From: Acidimicrobiales bacterium
GTDB taxonomy: Bacteria; Actinomycetota; Acidimicrobiia; Acidimicrobiales; SZUA-35
DNA length: 64,000 nt
Assembly (NCBI GenBank): GCA_050330635.1
Contig: JBHJNQ010000064.1
Coordinates: forward strand, 6,311 to 70,310
Reading direction: 5' to 3'
Positions 41,463-51,332 of the stretch are shown here, in pieces; positions within the stretch are counted from its first letter, which is position 1; the number at the start of each line of letters is the position of its first letter. Under the pieces are notes generated by a model. It searched no databases, was not told the DNA's origin, and worked only from the letters and a program-made list of their open reading frames with translations. Made by a program: the position numbers and the translations under genes.

Positions 41463-43843
41463 GCGAACAACCTCCCCAGGAACCACACCATGACGAAGGC
41501 GGCACCGACGGCGAGGCCGAGGGCGTAGCTACGAACGAACCCCGGTTGGGTGACCCGGAGACCGCGACTGGCGGCCCCGATCCCGGTGGCGGTGCCCCGC
41601 ACCAGCCCATCGACCACCGTGCGGTCGAACCAGGCGACCAGATCGAACAGCTTCCGACCCGGGCCGCCGAAGAAGTCGGCGTAGCTCTCGTCGACGTACC
41701 AGGCGTGGGCCAGCGGTTCGAGTTCGATGGACTCGGGCTTGGGGGCTCGGCCCCGGAGGTAGACGGCGAAGGCGGTGACGATGGCGACGAGGGCGATGGC
41801 CGCCGCCACCATGGCCAGGAGCCACTTCGTCCCGGCCGACGCCGTCAGCTCGGCCTCGTGCCCGAACAGGGACGGCTCCAGCCAGTGCTCGAGGAACTTG
41901 ACCTCGCTGGCGAAGGGAAGGTTGAGCGCCCCGGCGCCGAGGGCGAACAGGGCCAGGACGACGAGGGGCAAGGTCATGGTCCACGGCGACTCGTGGGGTC
42001 GGTAGTGCTGGCGGTGCTGGTAGCTCTCGGGCAGGTGCTCGGTCAGGTCGCCGACATCGGTCGCCGGCGTACGGGCCGTGACCACCGCCGGGGGCAGGGG
42101 CAGCGGGGCGGAGCTGAGATCGTTGAGCCGGGCCGTCGCCACGTCGACGTCGGCTCCGGCCGCCACCACGCCGTCGGCGGTCGTGGCCGCACCCTCCCTG
42201 GCCTTGACGAGGGCCTCCTCCGCCTTGGGCACGGCCCTGGTCGCCTTCTCCAACGCCTTCACGAGCTTGTCGTGGCCGTCGGCGCCGACCGTAGAGGCGG
42301 TGACGGCGGCGCCCGACTCGCTCAGGGTGGCCTGGGCCTTGGCCAGGCCCTCCTGGCGCTTGACGATGTCGGCTTGGGCCTTCTCGGCCTGCTCCACCGC
42401 TGCGGTTCGGGCCTCTTGGGCCACGGTCACTCGGGCCTGGGCCGCCTCGACCCGTGCGGCCTGGGCGGCCGCGACCTCCGCCGCCGTCACATCGTAGAAG
42501 CGGGACCGGCCGAGGAAGGTGAGGATCACTTGGCGGGTCATGTAGAAGGCGGTGAGCAGGGCCGTCACGATGCCGACGGCCCACAACCCCTTGCCCCCGA
42601 TCTCGTCGGCGTTCCAGGCGTAGAGGAGGATCTCGTCCTTCGACCAGAAGCCACTGAAGGGGGGAACACCGGCGATGGCGAGCCAGCCGACGATGAAGGT
42701 CCCCGCCGTCAGGGGCATGTAACGGGCCAGGCCGCCCATGCGCCGCATGTCCTGCTCGTCGTGGAGCCCGTGGATGACCGACCCCGAACCGAGGAACAGG
42801 AGGGCCTTGAAGAAGGCATGGGTCACCATGTGGAAGATGGCGGCGACGTAGCCCCCCACGCCGACGGCGAGGAACAGGTAGCCGAGCTGCGACACCGTCG
42901 AGTAGGCCAGGACCCGCTTGATGTCGGTCTGGGCTATGGCGACGGTGGCGGCGAACAGGGCCGTCCCGGCGCCGACCCAGGCCACGAGGCCCCTGCTCCA
43001 GGTGTCGGCCTCGGCCAGGATGGGGTTGAGGCGGGTCAGCAGGAACACGCCGGAGGTCACCATCGTGGCGGCGTGAATGAGGGCCGACACGGGGGTCGGG
43101 CCGGCCATGGCGTCGGGCAGCCACACGAAGAGGGGCAGCTGGGCCGATTTCCCGGCCGCACCGAGCAGGAACAGCACCACGATCAGGGTGGCGGCGAAGG
43201 TTCCGATCTCCGGCGACCGGGTGAGTATGTCGGCGTAGCGGATCGAGCTCAGCTCGGTGAACACGAGGAACGTGGCCAACATGAACCCGAAGTCACCGAT
43301 GCGGTTGGTGACGAACGCCTTCTTGCCGGCGCTGGCGTTGCCCTCGTCGGTGAACCAGAACGAGATGAGGAGATAGGAGCAGGCCCCGACCCCCTCCCAG
43401 CCGAGGAAGGTCAGCAGCAGGTTGTCACCGAGAACCAGCACCAGCATGGAGGTGATGAACAGGTTGAGGTAGGTGAAGAACTTCGAGAAGTTCGGGTCCC
43501 CGTGCATGTACCCGATCGAGTACAGGTGGATGAGGGTGCCGACCCCCGTGATGAACAGGCTCATCGTGACCGACAACGGATCGATCAGCAGGCCGGCGTC
43601 GACCGAGAACGAACCGGACTCCACCCAGGTGAACAGCGTCTGGATGTGGAACCGCTCCTCGGCCGGCTCGCCGACCAGGCCGGCGTAGACGACGACGGTG
43701 GAAACGAAGGCGCCGGCGCTGGCCAGGGTGGCGAGCCAACCGGCGGCCGGCTCGCCCATCCGCCGACCGAAGGCGACGAGGAGTACGAACCCGGCCAGCG
43801 GAAAGGCGGGTATCAGCCAAGCGGCATCGAGCATGCCCATCAA
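41459..43843 (-). CDS. nuoL: Complex I subunit L (14-subunit cluster) with a large internal insertion
   Basis: [40 protein letters not shown]; 794 aa. Confidence 0.95.
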   Translation of the reverse strand: MMGMLDAAWLIPAFPLAGFVLLVAFGRRMGEPAAGWLATLASAGAFVSTVVVYAGLVGEPAEERFHIQTLFTWVESGSFSVDAGLLIDPLSVTMSLFITGVGTLIHLYSIGYMHGDPNFSKFFTYLNLFITSMLVLVLGDNLLLTFLGWEGVGACSYLLISFWFTDEGNASAGKKAFVTNRIGDFGFMLATFLVFTELSSIRYADILTRSPEIGTFAATLIVVLFLLGAAGKSAQLPLFVWLPDAMAGPTPVSALIHAATMVTSGVFLLTRLNPILAEADTWSRGLVAWVGAGTALFAATVAIAQTDIKRVLAYSTVSQLGYLFLAVGVGGYVAAIFHMVTHAFFKALLFLGSGSVIHGLHDEQDMRRMGGLARYMPLTAGTFIVGWLAIAGVPPFSGFWSKDEILLYAWNADEIGGKGLWAVGIVTALLTAFYMTRQVILTFLGRSRFYDVTAAEVAAAQAARVEAAQARVTVAQEARTAAVEQAEKAQADIVKRQEGLAKAQATLSESGAAVTASTVGADGHDKLVKALEKATRAVPKAEEALVKAREGAATTADGVVAAGADVDVATARLNDLSSAPLPLPPAVVTARTPATDVGDLTEHLPESYQHRQHYRPHESPWTMTLPLVVLALFALGAGALNLPFASEVKFLEHWLEPSLFGHEAELTASAGTKWLLAMVAAAIALVAIVTAFAVYLRGRAPKPESIELEPLAHAWYVDESYADFFGGPGRKLFDLVAWFDRTVVDGLVRGTATGIGAASRGLRVTQPGFVRSYALGLAVGAAFVMVWFLGRLFA

Positions 43844-44145
43844 CCCTTCAACGACGTCAGATCATCGGCGGTGAGCGTCGGGCGGCGGCGCATGACGGCC
43901 ACCACGATCGACAGCCCGACGACCACCTCGGCCGCCGCCACCACCAGCACGAAGAACACCGCCGTCTGTCCCGCCAGGTCATCGAGGGCGCGGGAGAAGG
44001 CGACGAACGACAGGTTGACGGCGTTGAGCATCAGCTCGACGCACATGAACATGATGAGTGGATTGCGGCGGACCAGCAGACCGGTCAGGCCGATCGTGAA
44101 CAACAGGGCGCTCAGCACCAGGTACCACGTCTCGGTCAGCTCCAC
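43840..44145 (-). CDS. nuoK: Complex I subunit K (14-subunit cluster)
   Basis: [27 protein letters not shown]. Start at GTG 44145. Confidence 0.94.
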   Translation of the reverse strand: MELTETWYLVLSALLFTIGLTGLLVRRNPLIMFMCVELMLNAVNLSFVAFSRALDDLAGQTAVFFVLVVAAAEVVVGLSIVVAVMRRRPTLTADDLTSLKG

Positions 44146-44176
44146 AGCGACCCTCCGTCCGGCGTTCCGTCGTCCA

Positions 44177-44758
44177 TCACGTCGCCGCCTGTCCCGGCTC
44201 GTCGACGGTGAGGTCCTCGGCACCCCGGTTGCGCACGAGCACCACGGCGCCGACGGTGGCGATGGTCAGGAGGAGGGCGGTGGCCTCGAAGGCCAGGACG
44301 TTACGGGTGAACAGATCGCGGGCCAACTGGTCGATGTCGGGCTGGGTGTCATCGATCGGTTGGGTGGCGGCCCGGGTACCGGTGAGGGCGACCGCACCCT
44401 CGTCGCCGCCCTTGCCGGACAAGAACAGGCCACCGGCGATCATGACCAGCACCAGGGCCCCGACCAGGATCCCGCCCACCCGTTGCCCGGCCAGGGGTTC
44501 CACGCTGAGATCCTCGGCCTGGTCGACACCGAGGAGCATGATCACGAACAGGAAGAGCACGACGATGGCGCCGGCGTAGACCACCACCTGCACCAGGGCG
44601 AGGAAGTGGGCACCCTGCACCACGAAGAGCACGGCGACCCCGAAGAGGGAGGCGATCAACGACAGGGCGGCCCGCACGGGGTTGGCGTTGAGGACCACGC
44701 CGAGGCCACCGCCGAGAACGATGGCCCCGGCGACGACGAAGACGATGACGTCGGCCAT
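44177..44758 (-). CDS. nuoJ: Complex I subunit J (14-subunit cluster)
   Basis: [37 protein letters not shown]. Confidence 0.94.
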   Translation of the reverse strand: MADVIVFVVAGAIVLGGGLGVVLNANPVRAALSLIASLFGVAVLFVVQGAHFLALVQVVVYAGAIVVLFLFVIMLLGVDQAEDLSVEPLAGQRVGGILVGALVLVMIAGGLFLSGKGGDEGAVALTGTRAATQPIDDTQPDIDQLARDLFTRNVLAFEATALLLTIATVGAVVLVRNRGAEDLTVDEPGQAAT

Positions 44759-45441
44759 CAGTGGTGTCCTCCGTGATCGTCATGCTCATCATGGTCATGA
44801 TCGTGATGGTCATGGCCGGCGGCGGTCGGCGGGGGCGCCGTCTGACCGGCCTCGGCGGCCCGGACGCCGTAGCCGAGCTCGCCCGACCACCCGATACGGC
44901 CCTCATAGGCCGCTCGCCCCGACGACGACGTGGCCCGCATCCACCCTGACGTGTGCTCGTCCTCGCCGGGGCGCCAGTCCTCCCATGGCAGCTGCCTGGG
45001 CTTGCCGTCTTCGCCGACGAGCAGCTCGTCCTTGGTGTAGATGGCATCGCTACGGTTCGTGAACGAGAACTCGAACAGCTTCGTCTCGGTGATGGCCTCG
45101 GTGGGGCAGGCCTCGACGCAGAGGTCGCAGTGGATGCACCGGAGATAGTTGATCTCGTACACGTAGCCGTAGCGCTCACCCGGCGAGAGGGGGGCGTCGG
45201 GCGGGTTGTCGGCCCCCCGGACGTAGATGCAGCGGGCAGGGCAGACACCGGCGCACAACTCGCAGCCGATACACTTCTCCATCCCGTCCTCGTAGCGGTT
45301 GAGCACGTGGCGGCCGTGGACCCGCTCGGGCTTGGGGGCCTTGATGTCGCTCGTACCACCCCGGCCGGCCATGTACTGCTTGGTGGTGACGCCCTCGGCC
45401 CACTTCTTGAGCGTGACGCCGAAACCCTCGAGGTAGCCCAT
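44758..45441 (-). CDS. nuoI: Complex I subunit I (14-subunit cluster) with His/Asp-rich tail
   Basis: CIGCELCAGVCP and CIHCDLCVEACP. Start at ATG 45441. Confidence 0.95.
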   Translation of the reverse strand: MGYLEGFGVTLKKWAEGVTTKQYMAGRGGTSDIKAPKPERVHGRHVLNRYEDGMEKCIGCELCAGVCPARCIYVRGADNPPDAPLSPGERYGYVYEINYLRCIHCDLCVEACPTEAITETKLFEFSFTNRSDAIYTKDELLVGEDGKPRQLPWEDWRPGEDEHTSGWMRATSSSGRAAYEGRIGWSGELGYGVRAAEAGQTAPPPTAAGHDHHDHDHDEHDDHGGHH

Positions 45442-46712
45442 CAGTTGACCTCCGGTGAGGGGTGCTCGACCAGGCCCCGCTCGGCCAGCCGGTCGTGGCG
45501 GGCCGTCCGCACGGCGAGCCCGAGGACGCCGGCGGCGGCGACCCCGATCACCAGTCCGATGGCCACGACCGCCACCACATCGCCGACCGGGGTCGCACCC
45601 GGCTCGGCGTCGAACCATCCGAATCCGCCGTCCTGGGCCACCCGGATGCCGCCCAGGATCAGGAGCCAACCGAGGGCGAGGGGGATCAGGAGCTTCCACC
45701 CGAGGTCCATCAGCTGGTCGTAGCGGAGCCGGGGCAGGGTGGCCCGGAACCACACGAAGGTGAAGAGGAACACCAGCAACTTGCCGAAGAACCACACGAA
45801 GCCCCAGAGCCAACCGGGCAGGATGCCGAGGTTCGGCCCGGCCGGGCCGCCGAAGAACAACGTGACGATGATGGCCGACATGGTGACCGTGTTCATGTAC
45901 TCGGCCAGGTAAAAGAGGGCAAAGCGGATCGAGGAGTACTCGGTGTGGAACCCGCCGACCAGCTCCTGCTCGGCCTCCACCAGGTCGAACGGGGGCCGGT
46001 TGAGCTCGGCCGTGCCGGCGATGAGGAAGATCACGAACGGCACGAACCCGGTGACGATCACGTTCCAGTTGGGGACGATGCCACCGAAGCCGGCCCCGGC
46101 CTGGACCTGCACGATCTCGTTGGTGCTGAGCGTGCCGGAGACGAGCAGCACCGACGCCAACGACAGGCCGAGGGCGGCCTCGTAGGAGATGGCCTGGGCC
46201 GAGGCCCGGACCGAACCGAGGAGCGGGTACTTCGAGCCGGACGACCAACCGGCCAGCATGATGCCGTAGACACCGATCGAGCTCATGGCCAGGAAGAACA
46301 GGATCCCGACGGGGACGTCGGCCACCTGGAGGAAGGTCTCGCGGCCGAACACGGTGACCGACCCGTTGCCACCGTCACCGAAATCGCCGGCGATCGGCAC
46401 CAGGACGAACGTGAGGAACGCCGGTATCAGCGCCAGGTAGGGGGCGATCTGGAAGACGAACCGGTCGGACCGGCTGGGGATCAGATCTTCCTTGAAGAAC
46501 AGCTTGATCCCGTCGGCCAGCGTCTGCAGCAGACCGAACGGGCCCGCCACGGTGGGGCCGAGACGGTTCTGGAGGCGGCCGACCACCTTGCGCTCGAACC
46601 AGACCATCAGCATGACGGCCACCAGGAGCAGGGCGAAGGCGATACCGGCCTTGGCGATGGCGAGGATGACATCGCCACCGTCGACACCGTCGGCCAGGTA
46701 CGGATCCCCCAT
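45441..46712 (-). CDS. nuoH: Complex I subunit H (14-subunit cluster)
   Basis: ERKVVGRLQNRLGP, ADGIKLFFKED, NRPPFDL.EAEQEL, PRLRYDQL. Confidence 0.95.
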   Translation of the reverse strand: MGDPYLADGVDGGDVILAIAKAGIAFALLLVAVMLMVWFERKVVGRLQNRLGPTVAGPFGLLQTLADGIKLFFKEDLIPSRSDRFVFQIAPYLALIPAFLTFVLVPIAGDFGDGGNGSVTVFGRETFLQVADVPVGILFFLAMSSIGVYGIMLAGWSSGSKYPLLGSVRASAQAISYEAALGLSLASVLLVSGTLSTNEIVQVQAGAGFGGIVPNWNVIVTGFVPFVIFLIAGTAELNRPPFDLVEAEQELVGGFHTEYSSIRFALFYLAEYMNTVTMSAIIVTLFFGGPAGPNLGILPGWLWGFVWFFGKLLVFLFTFVWFRATLPRLRYDQLMDLGWKLLIPLALGWLLILGGIRVAQDGGFGWFDAEPGATPVGDVVAVVAIGLVIGVAAAGVLGLAVRTARHDRLAERGLVEHPSPEVN

Positions 46713-49186
46713 CACCCACCTCCCCGGATGGTGATGTTGGTGACCGAGCGACCGGCCATCAGCAGGTTGCGGACGTCGAAGCCGGGCAGTCGGATCGGCA
46801 ACCAGGCCGTCCCCGGCAGAACCGAGGGGTCGGCGACGTAGTCCAGCTCGTGGATCGTGCCCTCCCGATCGATGGCGACCGGCCGATCGGGTTCGAGGCC
46901 GAACTCGGCCACGTCGACGGGCGCCAGGCGCAGCACCGCCGGCTGCGGCAGCTGACGCAGCGACGGCGACTCCTGCACCATGGTCCCGAGATCCCAGAGC
47001 TTGTGGTCCACCACCAGCCGCAGACCGTAGCTGCTGGCCATGGGCGGCACCGCGGCATCCCCGAACTCGAGGACCCACTGACGGTCCATCTCGATGAGCG
47101 GACCATCGTCGGCCCCCTGCACCGCGCCCCAGTCGATGTTCCGCAACGACTGGGCGGTCGTGCTCATCTCGGCCCGCAGCTCGTCCAGGGTGACGAAACC
47201 CAGGTCGATTCCCAGGGCCGACGCGATCTCCGCTGCGATCATCCAGTCGGGCTTGGCCTGGCCGGGCGGGGTCACCTTGGCCCGCAGCGGGCTGAGCCGA
47301 CCCTCGGCGTTGAGGAACGTGCCGTCGGACTCGCCGAACAGGGCGGCGGGGAGGATGACGTCGGCCTTGGCCGCCGAGGCGGTGGCGAAGGCGTCGACGG
47401 CGATCACCGTCGGCACCCGCTCCAGGGCGGCGGCGACCAGCTCGGGATCGGGGAAGTCCTCCACCGGGTCGGCGCCGAGCAGTACGATCGTGTCGATCTC
47501 GCCCTCCGACGCGGCCCGGAGGATCCCGTCGGCGTCCTTGCCGTCGAAGTCGGGCAACAGACGCCAGTTCTCCAGCTCCGCTCCTGCCCGGCGGATCCCG
47601 CCCGGCAGGAAGCCTCCGGTGAGACCCATCTCGAGCCCACCGAGCACGTTGCCCCGCCGCAGCACCGGCAGGAAGCGGCTCTCGGGAGCAAGGCGGAGGA
47701 GGGCGCCCACGGCGTCGGCGGTGTAGCGGGCCGACTCGGCCAGGTTGAGCCGTCCCAGCACGACCGTCACGGGACGGCCCGATTGGAGCAGCTCGCGGGC
47801 GGCGGCCACGTCGTCGGTGTCGACGGCGGCCGGTAGCTCCGACCCCGGACCGTCGGCCAGGGCGCCGGCCACCTGACCGACGGTGCCCGGCACCGAGTGG
47901 AGACGGATGGCGGCGTGTTCCGACAGCGAGGTGGGGCGGGGGGTGAGCTCGATGAGGGTCACCCCGTCGTGGATGAGGGCGTGGCGGAGCCGGAGGTACA
48001 GCGACGGCTGTTCCTCCTTGGGGTCGGGAGCGAGGAGGACGACGATGCCACCGGGGACGCAGGCCCGGTCGATCGTGGCCCGGGGCAGGCCGAGAGCCAT
48101 GGGGGCAGGGAGTCCGTCACCGAGCTGGCAGTCGACGTGATCGGTGCCGATCACGCCCTTCATGAGCTTGGCCCAGGCGTACTGGTCCTCGAGGTTCAGC
48201 CGGGCTCCGCCGATGACGGCGATCCGCTCCGGGTCGCCCCGGAGAGCCCGGGCCGCCACCTTGGTGGCGTCGCTCCAACGGCTCGGCACCAGCTCGTCGC
48301 CGCCCCGACGGAGCCGGGGCTCGACGATGCGGTTGGCGCTCGTCGTCACCTCGTAGCTGAAGCGGTCCTTGTCGGACAGCCAGCCCCAGTTGACGGCATC
48401 GCTGTCGACGCCGATGATCCGCACCAGGCGGTCCTGGGACGACTGGAGCACGATCCGGGCGCCGGTGGAGTCGACGGTCGCCGTCGATTCCACGGTCTCG
48501 AGGTCCCACGGGCGGGCCTTGAACCGGTAGGGGGCGGCCGTGAGGGCACCGACCGGACAGATCTGCACCGTGTTGCCACTGAAGTACGAGGAGAAGGGGT
48601 GCTCGGGGAACGTGTTGACCTGGGTCTGGGAACCCCGGTCGATGAAGTGGATGAGGGGATCGCCGGCCACGTCGGCGGCGAACCGGGTGCAGCGGTCGCA
48701 CAGGATGCACCGCTCGCGGTCGAGGTGGACGAGGTCGCTGATGGGGATCGGCTTCTCGAAGTGCCGCTTCTCCTCCACGAACCGGCTCTCGCCGGGCCCG
48801 AAGGCGTAGGCGTTGTCCTGGAGGGGGCACTCGCCGCCCTTGTCACACACGGGGCAATCGAGGGGGTGGTTGATGAGGAGGAACTCGAGCACCCCGTCCT
48901 GGGCCTGCTTGGTGGCCTCCGACTCGGTCTCGACCTTCATTTCGGGTGTCACCGGCACCATGCAGCTGGGCTGGAGCGCCGGACCCCGTCCGGTGTCGAT
49001 ATCGACCAGGCACATCCGGCACATGCCGACGGGTTCCATGCGGGGGTGGTAGCAGAAGCGGGGGATATGGACACCGTTGCGTTCGCAGGCCTCGATCACC
49101 AGCTCCCCGTCGGTGGCCTCGACCGGGCGACCGTTGAGGGTGAAGGGAACGCCGGTGGTGGCCTCGGTCGATTCCGTCGTCGTCAT
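46712..49186 (-). CDS. nuoG: Complex I subunit G
   Basis: CYH...CRMC...SC (N1b), HPLDCPVCDKGGEC (N5), CILCDRC...ICPVG (N4). Confidence 0.95.
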   Translation of the reverse strand: MTTTESTEATTGVPFTLNGRPVEATDGELVIEACERNGVHIPRFCYHPRMEPVGMCRMCLVDIDTGRGPALQPSCMVPVTPEMKVETESEATKQAQDGVLEFLLINHPLDCPVCDKGGECPLQDNAYAFGPGESRFVEEKRHFEKPIPISDLVHLDRERCILCDRCTRFAADVAGDPLIHFIDRGSQTQVNTFPEHPFSSYFSGNTVQICPVGALTAAPYRFKARPWDLETVESTATVDSTGARIVLQSSQDRLVRIIGVDSDAVNWGWLSDKDRFSYEVTTSANRIVEPRLRRGGDELVPSRWSDATKVAARALRGDPERIAVIGGARLNLEDQYAWAKLMKGVIGTDHVDCQLGDGLPAPMALGLPRATIDRACVPGGIVVLLAPDPKEEQPSLYLRLRHALIHDGVTLIELTPRPTSLSEHAAIRLHSVPGTVGQVAGALADGPGSELPAAVDTDDVAAARELLQSGRPVTVVLGRLNLAESARYTADAVGALLRLAPESRFLPVLRRGNVLGGLEMGLTGGFLPGGIRRAGAELENWRLLPDFDGKDADGILRAASEGEIDTIVLLGADPVEDFPDPELVAAALERVPTVIAVDAFATASAAKADVILPAALFGESDGTFLNAEGRLSPLRAKVTPPGQAKPDWMIAAEIASALGIDLGFVTLDELRAEMSTTAQSLRNIDWGAVQGADDGPLIEMDRQWVLEFGDAAVPPMASSYGLRLVVDHKLWDLGTMVQESPSLRQLPQPAVLRLAPVDVAEFGLEPDRPVAIDREGTIHELDYVADPSVLPGTAWLPIRLPGFDVRNLLMAGRSVTNITIRGGG

Positions 49187-50625
49187 GCCGACACCTCCTC
49201 CGTCTCCTCAGCGGGCGCCGACGCCGGCTCGTCCGGCGGATGCGGGTCGGTGACGGGCGACGCCGCTCCGATCTTGGCTTCGAACTCGGGCCGGAAGCGC
49301 CGGATGGCCGACACGATGGGCGCCACCGACGAGGGGCCGAGAGGACAGATCGTGGTCTGGCGGGGAGGGAACGGCACTGCGGTCAGGCCCTCGGATTCCC
49401 ACGCCGCCACCGGGTAGCTGCCCGGACTGATCTGGGAGCCGACGTCGAGCAGCAGGTCGATGTCGGACGGGCGGCCGTGGCCGTCGAGGATGCGTTGGAG
49501 GATCTTCTCCTCCCAGCTCGTGCCCTCCCGACAGGGCGTGCACTTCCCACACGACTCCCGGGCGAAGAACCGCACCACCCGCAGACAGGCCTTGACCGCG
49601 TCGGTCGACTCGTCCATGGCGACGATGGCGCCGGAACCGAGCATCGACCCCGCCGCCCCCACGTCGGCCGCCTCGAGCGGGAGGTCGAGGTGCTCGGGGA
49701 AGAACCACGGGGCGGAGCCGCCCCCGGGAATGAACATCTTGAGCTCGCTGCCACCGCGCATCCCCTGGCAGAAGTTGTCGCCGTAGAACAGGTCGCGGAA
49801 CGTCACGACGCCCTGTTCGACCTCGTAGACACCGGGCCGGTTCACGTGACCGCTGATGCTCAGCATCCGGGTCCCCGGCGAGCGCTCCGAGCCGAGCTCC
49901 TTGAAGGCGGCGGCCCCGTTGGTCACGATCCACGGCAGGTTCGACAGGGTCTCGACGTTGTTGACGATCGTCGGCTTCATGTAGAGGCCCTTGGCTGCGG
50001 GGAAGAACGGCGGCTTGAGCCGCGGCATGCCCCGGTTACCCTCGAGGCTCTCGATGAGGGCGGTCTCCTCCCCCACGATGTAGGCCCCGGCGCCCCACGT
50101 CAGCACCACGTCGATGCTGACGTCGGTGCCGCAGATGTTCTTCCCGATGACGTTGGCGTCGTAGGCGTCGTTGAGGGCCTGGGCCAGGCGTTCCTGGGCC
50201 GTCGCCATCTCGCCCCGCACATAGAGAAAGCAGGTGTTGAGCCCGAGAGCGTAGCAGGCGATCACGCAGCCCTCGATGAGCTGATGAGGATCGCGCTCCA
50301 TCAGGAGCCGGTCCTTGTAGGTCCCCGGCTCGGACTCGTCGCCGTTGACCACCAGGTACCGGGGCCACACCGGGGGCATGAAGCCCCACTTGATCCCGGC
50401 GGGGAAGCCGGCGCCACCCCGCCCGAGGAGCACCGCCTCCTTGACCTCCGCCGCCACCTCGGCCGGTGACCGCTCGAGCGCCTGCCGCAGACCGGCGTAC
50501 CCGCCGGTCTCGACCGAGCGTGAGATCAGGTGGCTGTCGGGGTCGGCGAAGCGCGACGTGACGACCTTGGGGCCCTCGTTGTCGACATAGCCGGCGGCGT
50601 GGGGAACGTATGCGTTCGTCGCCAT
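49183..50625 (-). CDS. nuoF: Complex I subunit F (FMN/NADH-binding)
   Basis: GRGGAGFP, DESEPGT.KDR, GAGAYIVGEETAL, ESCGKCTPCREG, TICPLG. Confidence 0.96.
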   Translation of the reverse strand: MATNAYVPHAAGYVDNEGPKVVTSRFADPDSHLISRSVETGGYAGLRQALERSPAEVAAEVKEAVLLGRGGAGFPAGIKWGFMPPVWPRYLVVNGDESEPGTYKDRLLMERDPHQLIEGCVIACYALGLNTCFLYVRGEMATAQERLAQALNDAYDANVIGKNICGTDVSIDVVLTWGAGAYIVGEETALIESLEGNRGMPRLKPPFFPAAKGLYMKPTIVNNVETLSNLPWIVTNGAAAFKELGSERSPGTRMLSISGHVNRPGVYEVEQGVVTFRDLFYGDNFCQGMRGGSELKMFIPGGGSAPWFFPEHLDLPLEAADVGAAGSMLGSGAIVAMDESTDAVKACLRVVRFFARESCGKCTPCREGTSWEEKILQRILDGHGRPSDIDLLLDVGSQISPGSYPVAAWESEGLTAVPFPPRQTTICPLGPSSVAPIVSAIRRFRPEFEAKIGAASPVTDPHPPDEPASAPAEETEEVSA

Positions 50626-50713
50626 CAGTACACGTTCTCCGTTGCTGCGTGGAGGGAGGATCGCCCGAGGAGGGGGCGCGCTGGTCCGGATCCTGCGGGA
50701 GCTGGGTCCACTA

Positions 50714-51331
50714 CTACGACTCCTCTGCGGGTTGGCGGCTGGCGAACCAGGGCGGGGTGCCGGCGACCTCGGGGGACTCGATCCCGGCCATCCGCTCGGG
50801 GGGGATGTGCTGTCGGACCCGGCTGAGGGTGCCGTGGGCCGGGATGTCGGGTCGGACCCCGTCGCGTAGGTCGCTGATCAGCTGGGAGAACGAGCCGGGC
50901 TCGACCCGGTACTCGTAGCGGTAGTTCACCTGGAGGCACGGGGCTTCGGTGCAGGCGGCGATGCACTCGACGTCCTCGAGGGTGAACAACCCGTCGTCGG
51001 TCGTGCCGCCGGGTCGGACCCCGAGCTCACGCTCGGCCTCGTGGAGGAGCTCCTCGCCACCGTTGAGCTGGCAGCTGATGTTGGTGCAGATGTTGACGAG
51101 GTACGTGCCGACCGGCTCCCGCTTGAACATCTCGTAGAACGAACAGGTCCCCAGGACCTCGGCCGGTGTCACGCCCACCAGCTCGGCCAGGTGCTCCATG
51201 GCGTCGTCGGCCACGTAGCCCTCCTGTTCCTGGGCCAGGTGGAGGAGGGGGATGAGGGCCGACTTGGGTCGGGGGTAGCGGGAGATGATCTCCCGGGCCA
51301 CCGCCTCGTTGTCGGGTGTCAAGCGCGCCAT
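50714..51331 (-). CDS. nuoE: Complex I subunit E
   Basis: SALIPLLH, CTNISC...ECIAAC..AP (2Fe-2S). Confidence 0.95.
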   Translation of the reverse strand: MARLTPDNEAVAREIISRYPRPKSALIPLLHLAQEQEGYVADDAMEHLAELVGVTPAEVLGTCSFYEMFKREPVGTYLVNICTNISCQLNGGEELLHEAERELGVRPGGTTDDGLFTLEDVECIAACTEAPCLQVNYRYEYRVEPGSFSQLISDLRDGVRPDIPAHGTLSRVRQHIPPERMAGIESPEVAGTPPWFASRQPAEES

Positions 51332-51332
51332 A

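Noticed and set aside
41546-44776. 1076-aa plus-strand ORF and other long antisense ORFs (e.g. 26195-28465, 14869-16785, 11397-13184)
   Set aside because: Shadow frames opposite well-supported genes; expected in high-GC DNA, with no recognisable motifs.
50625-50966. 113-aa ORF ending at the nuoF start, suggesting a nuoE frameshift
   Set aside because: nuoE is complete with a double stop; the alternative frame is Arg/Pro-rich and non-coding in character.
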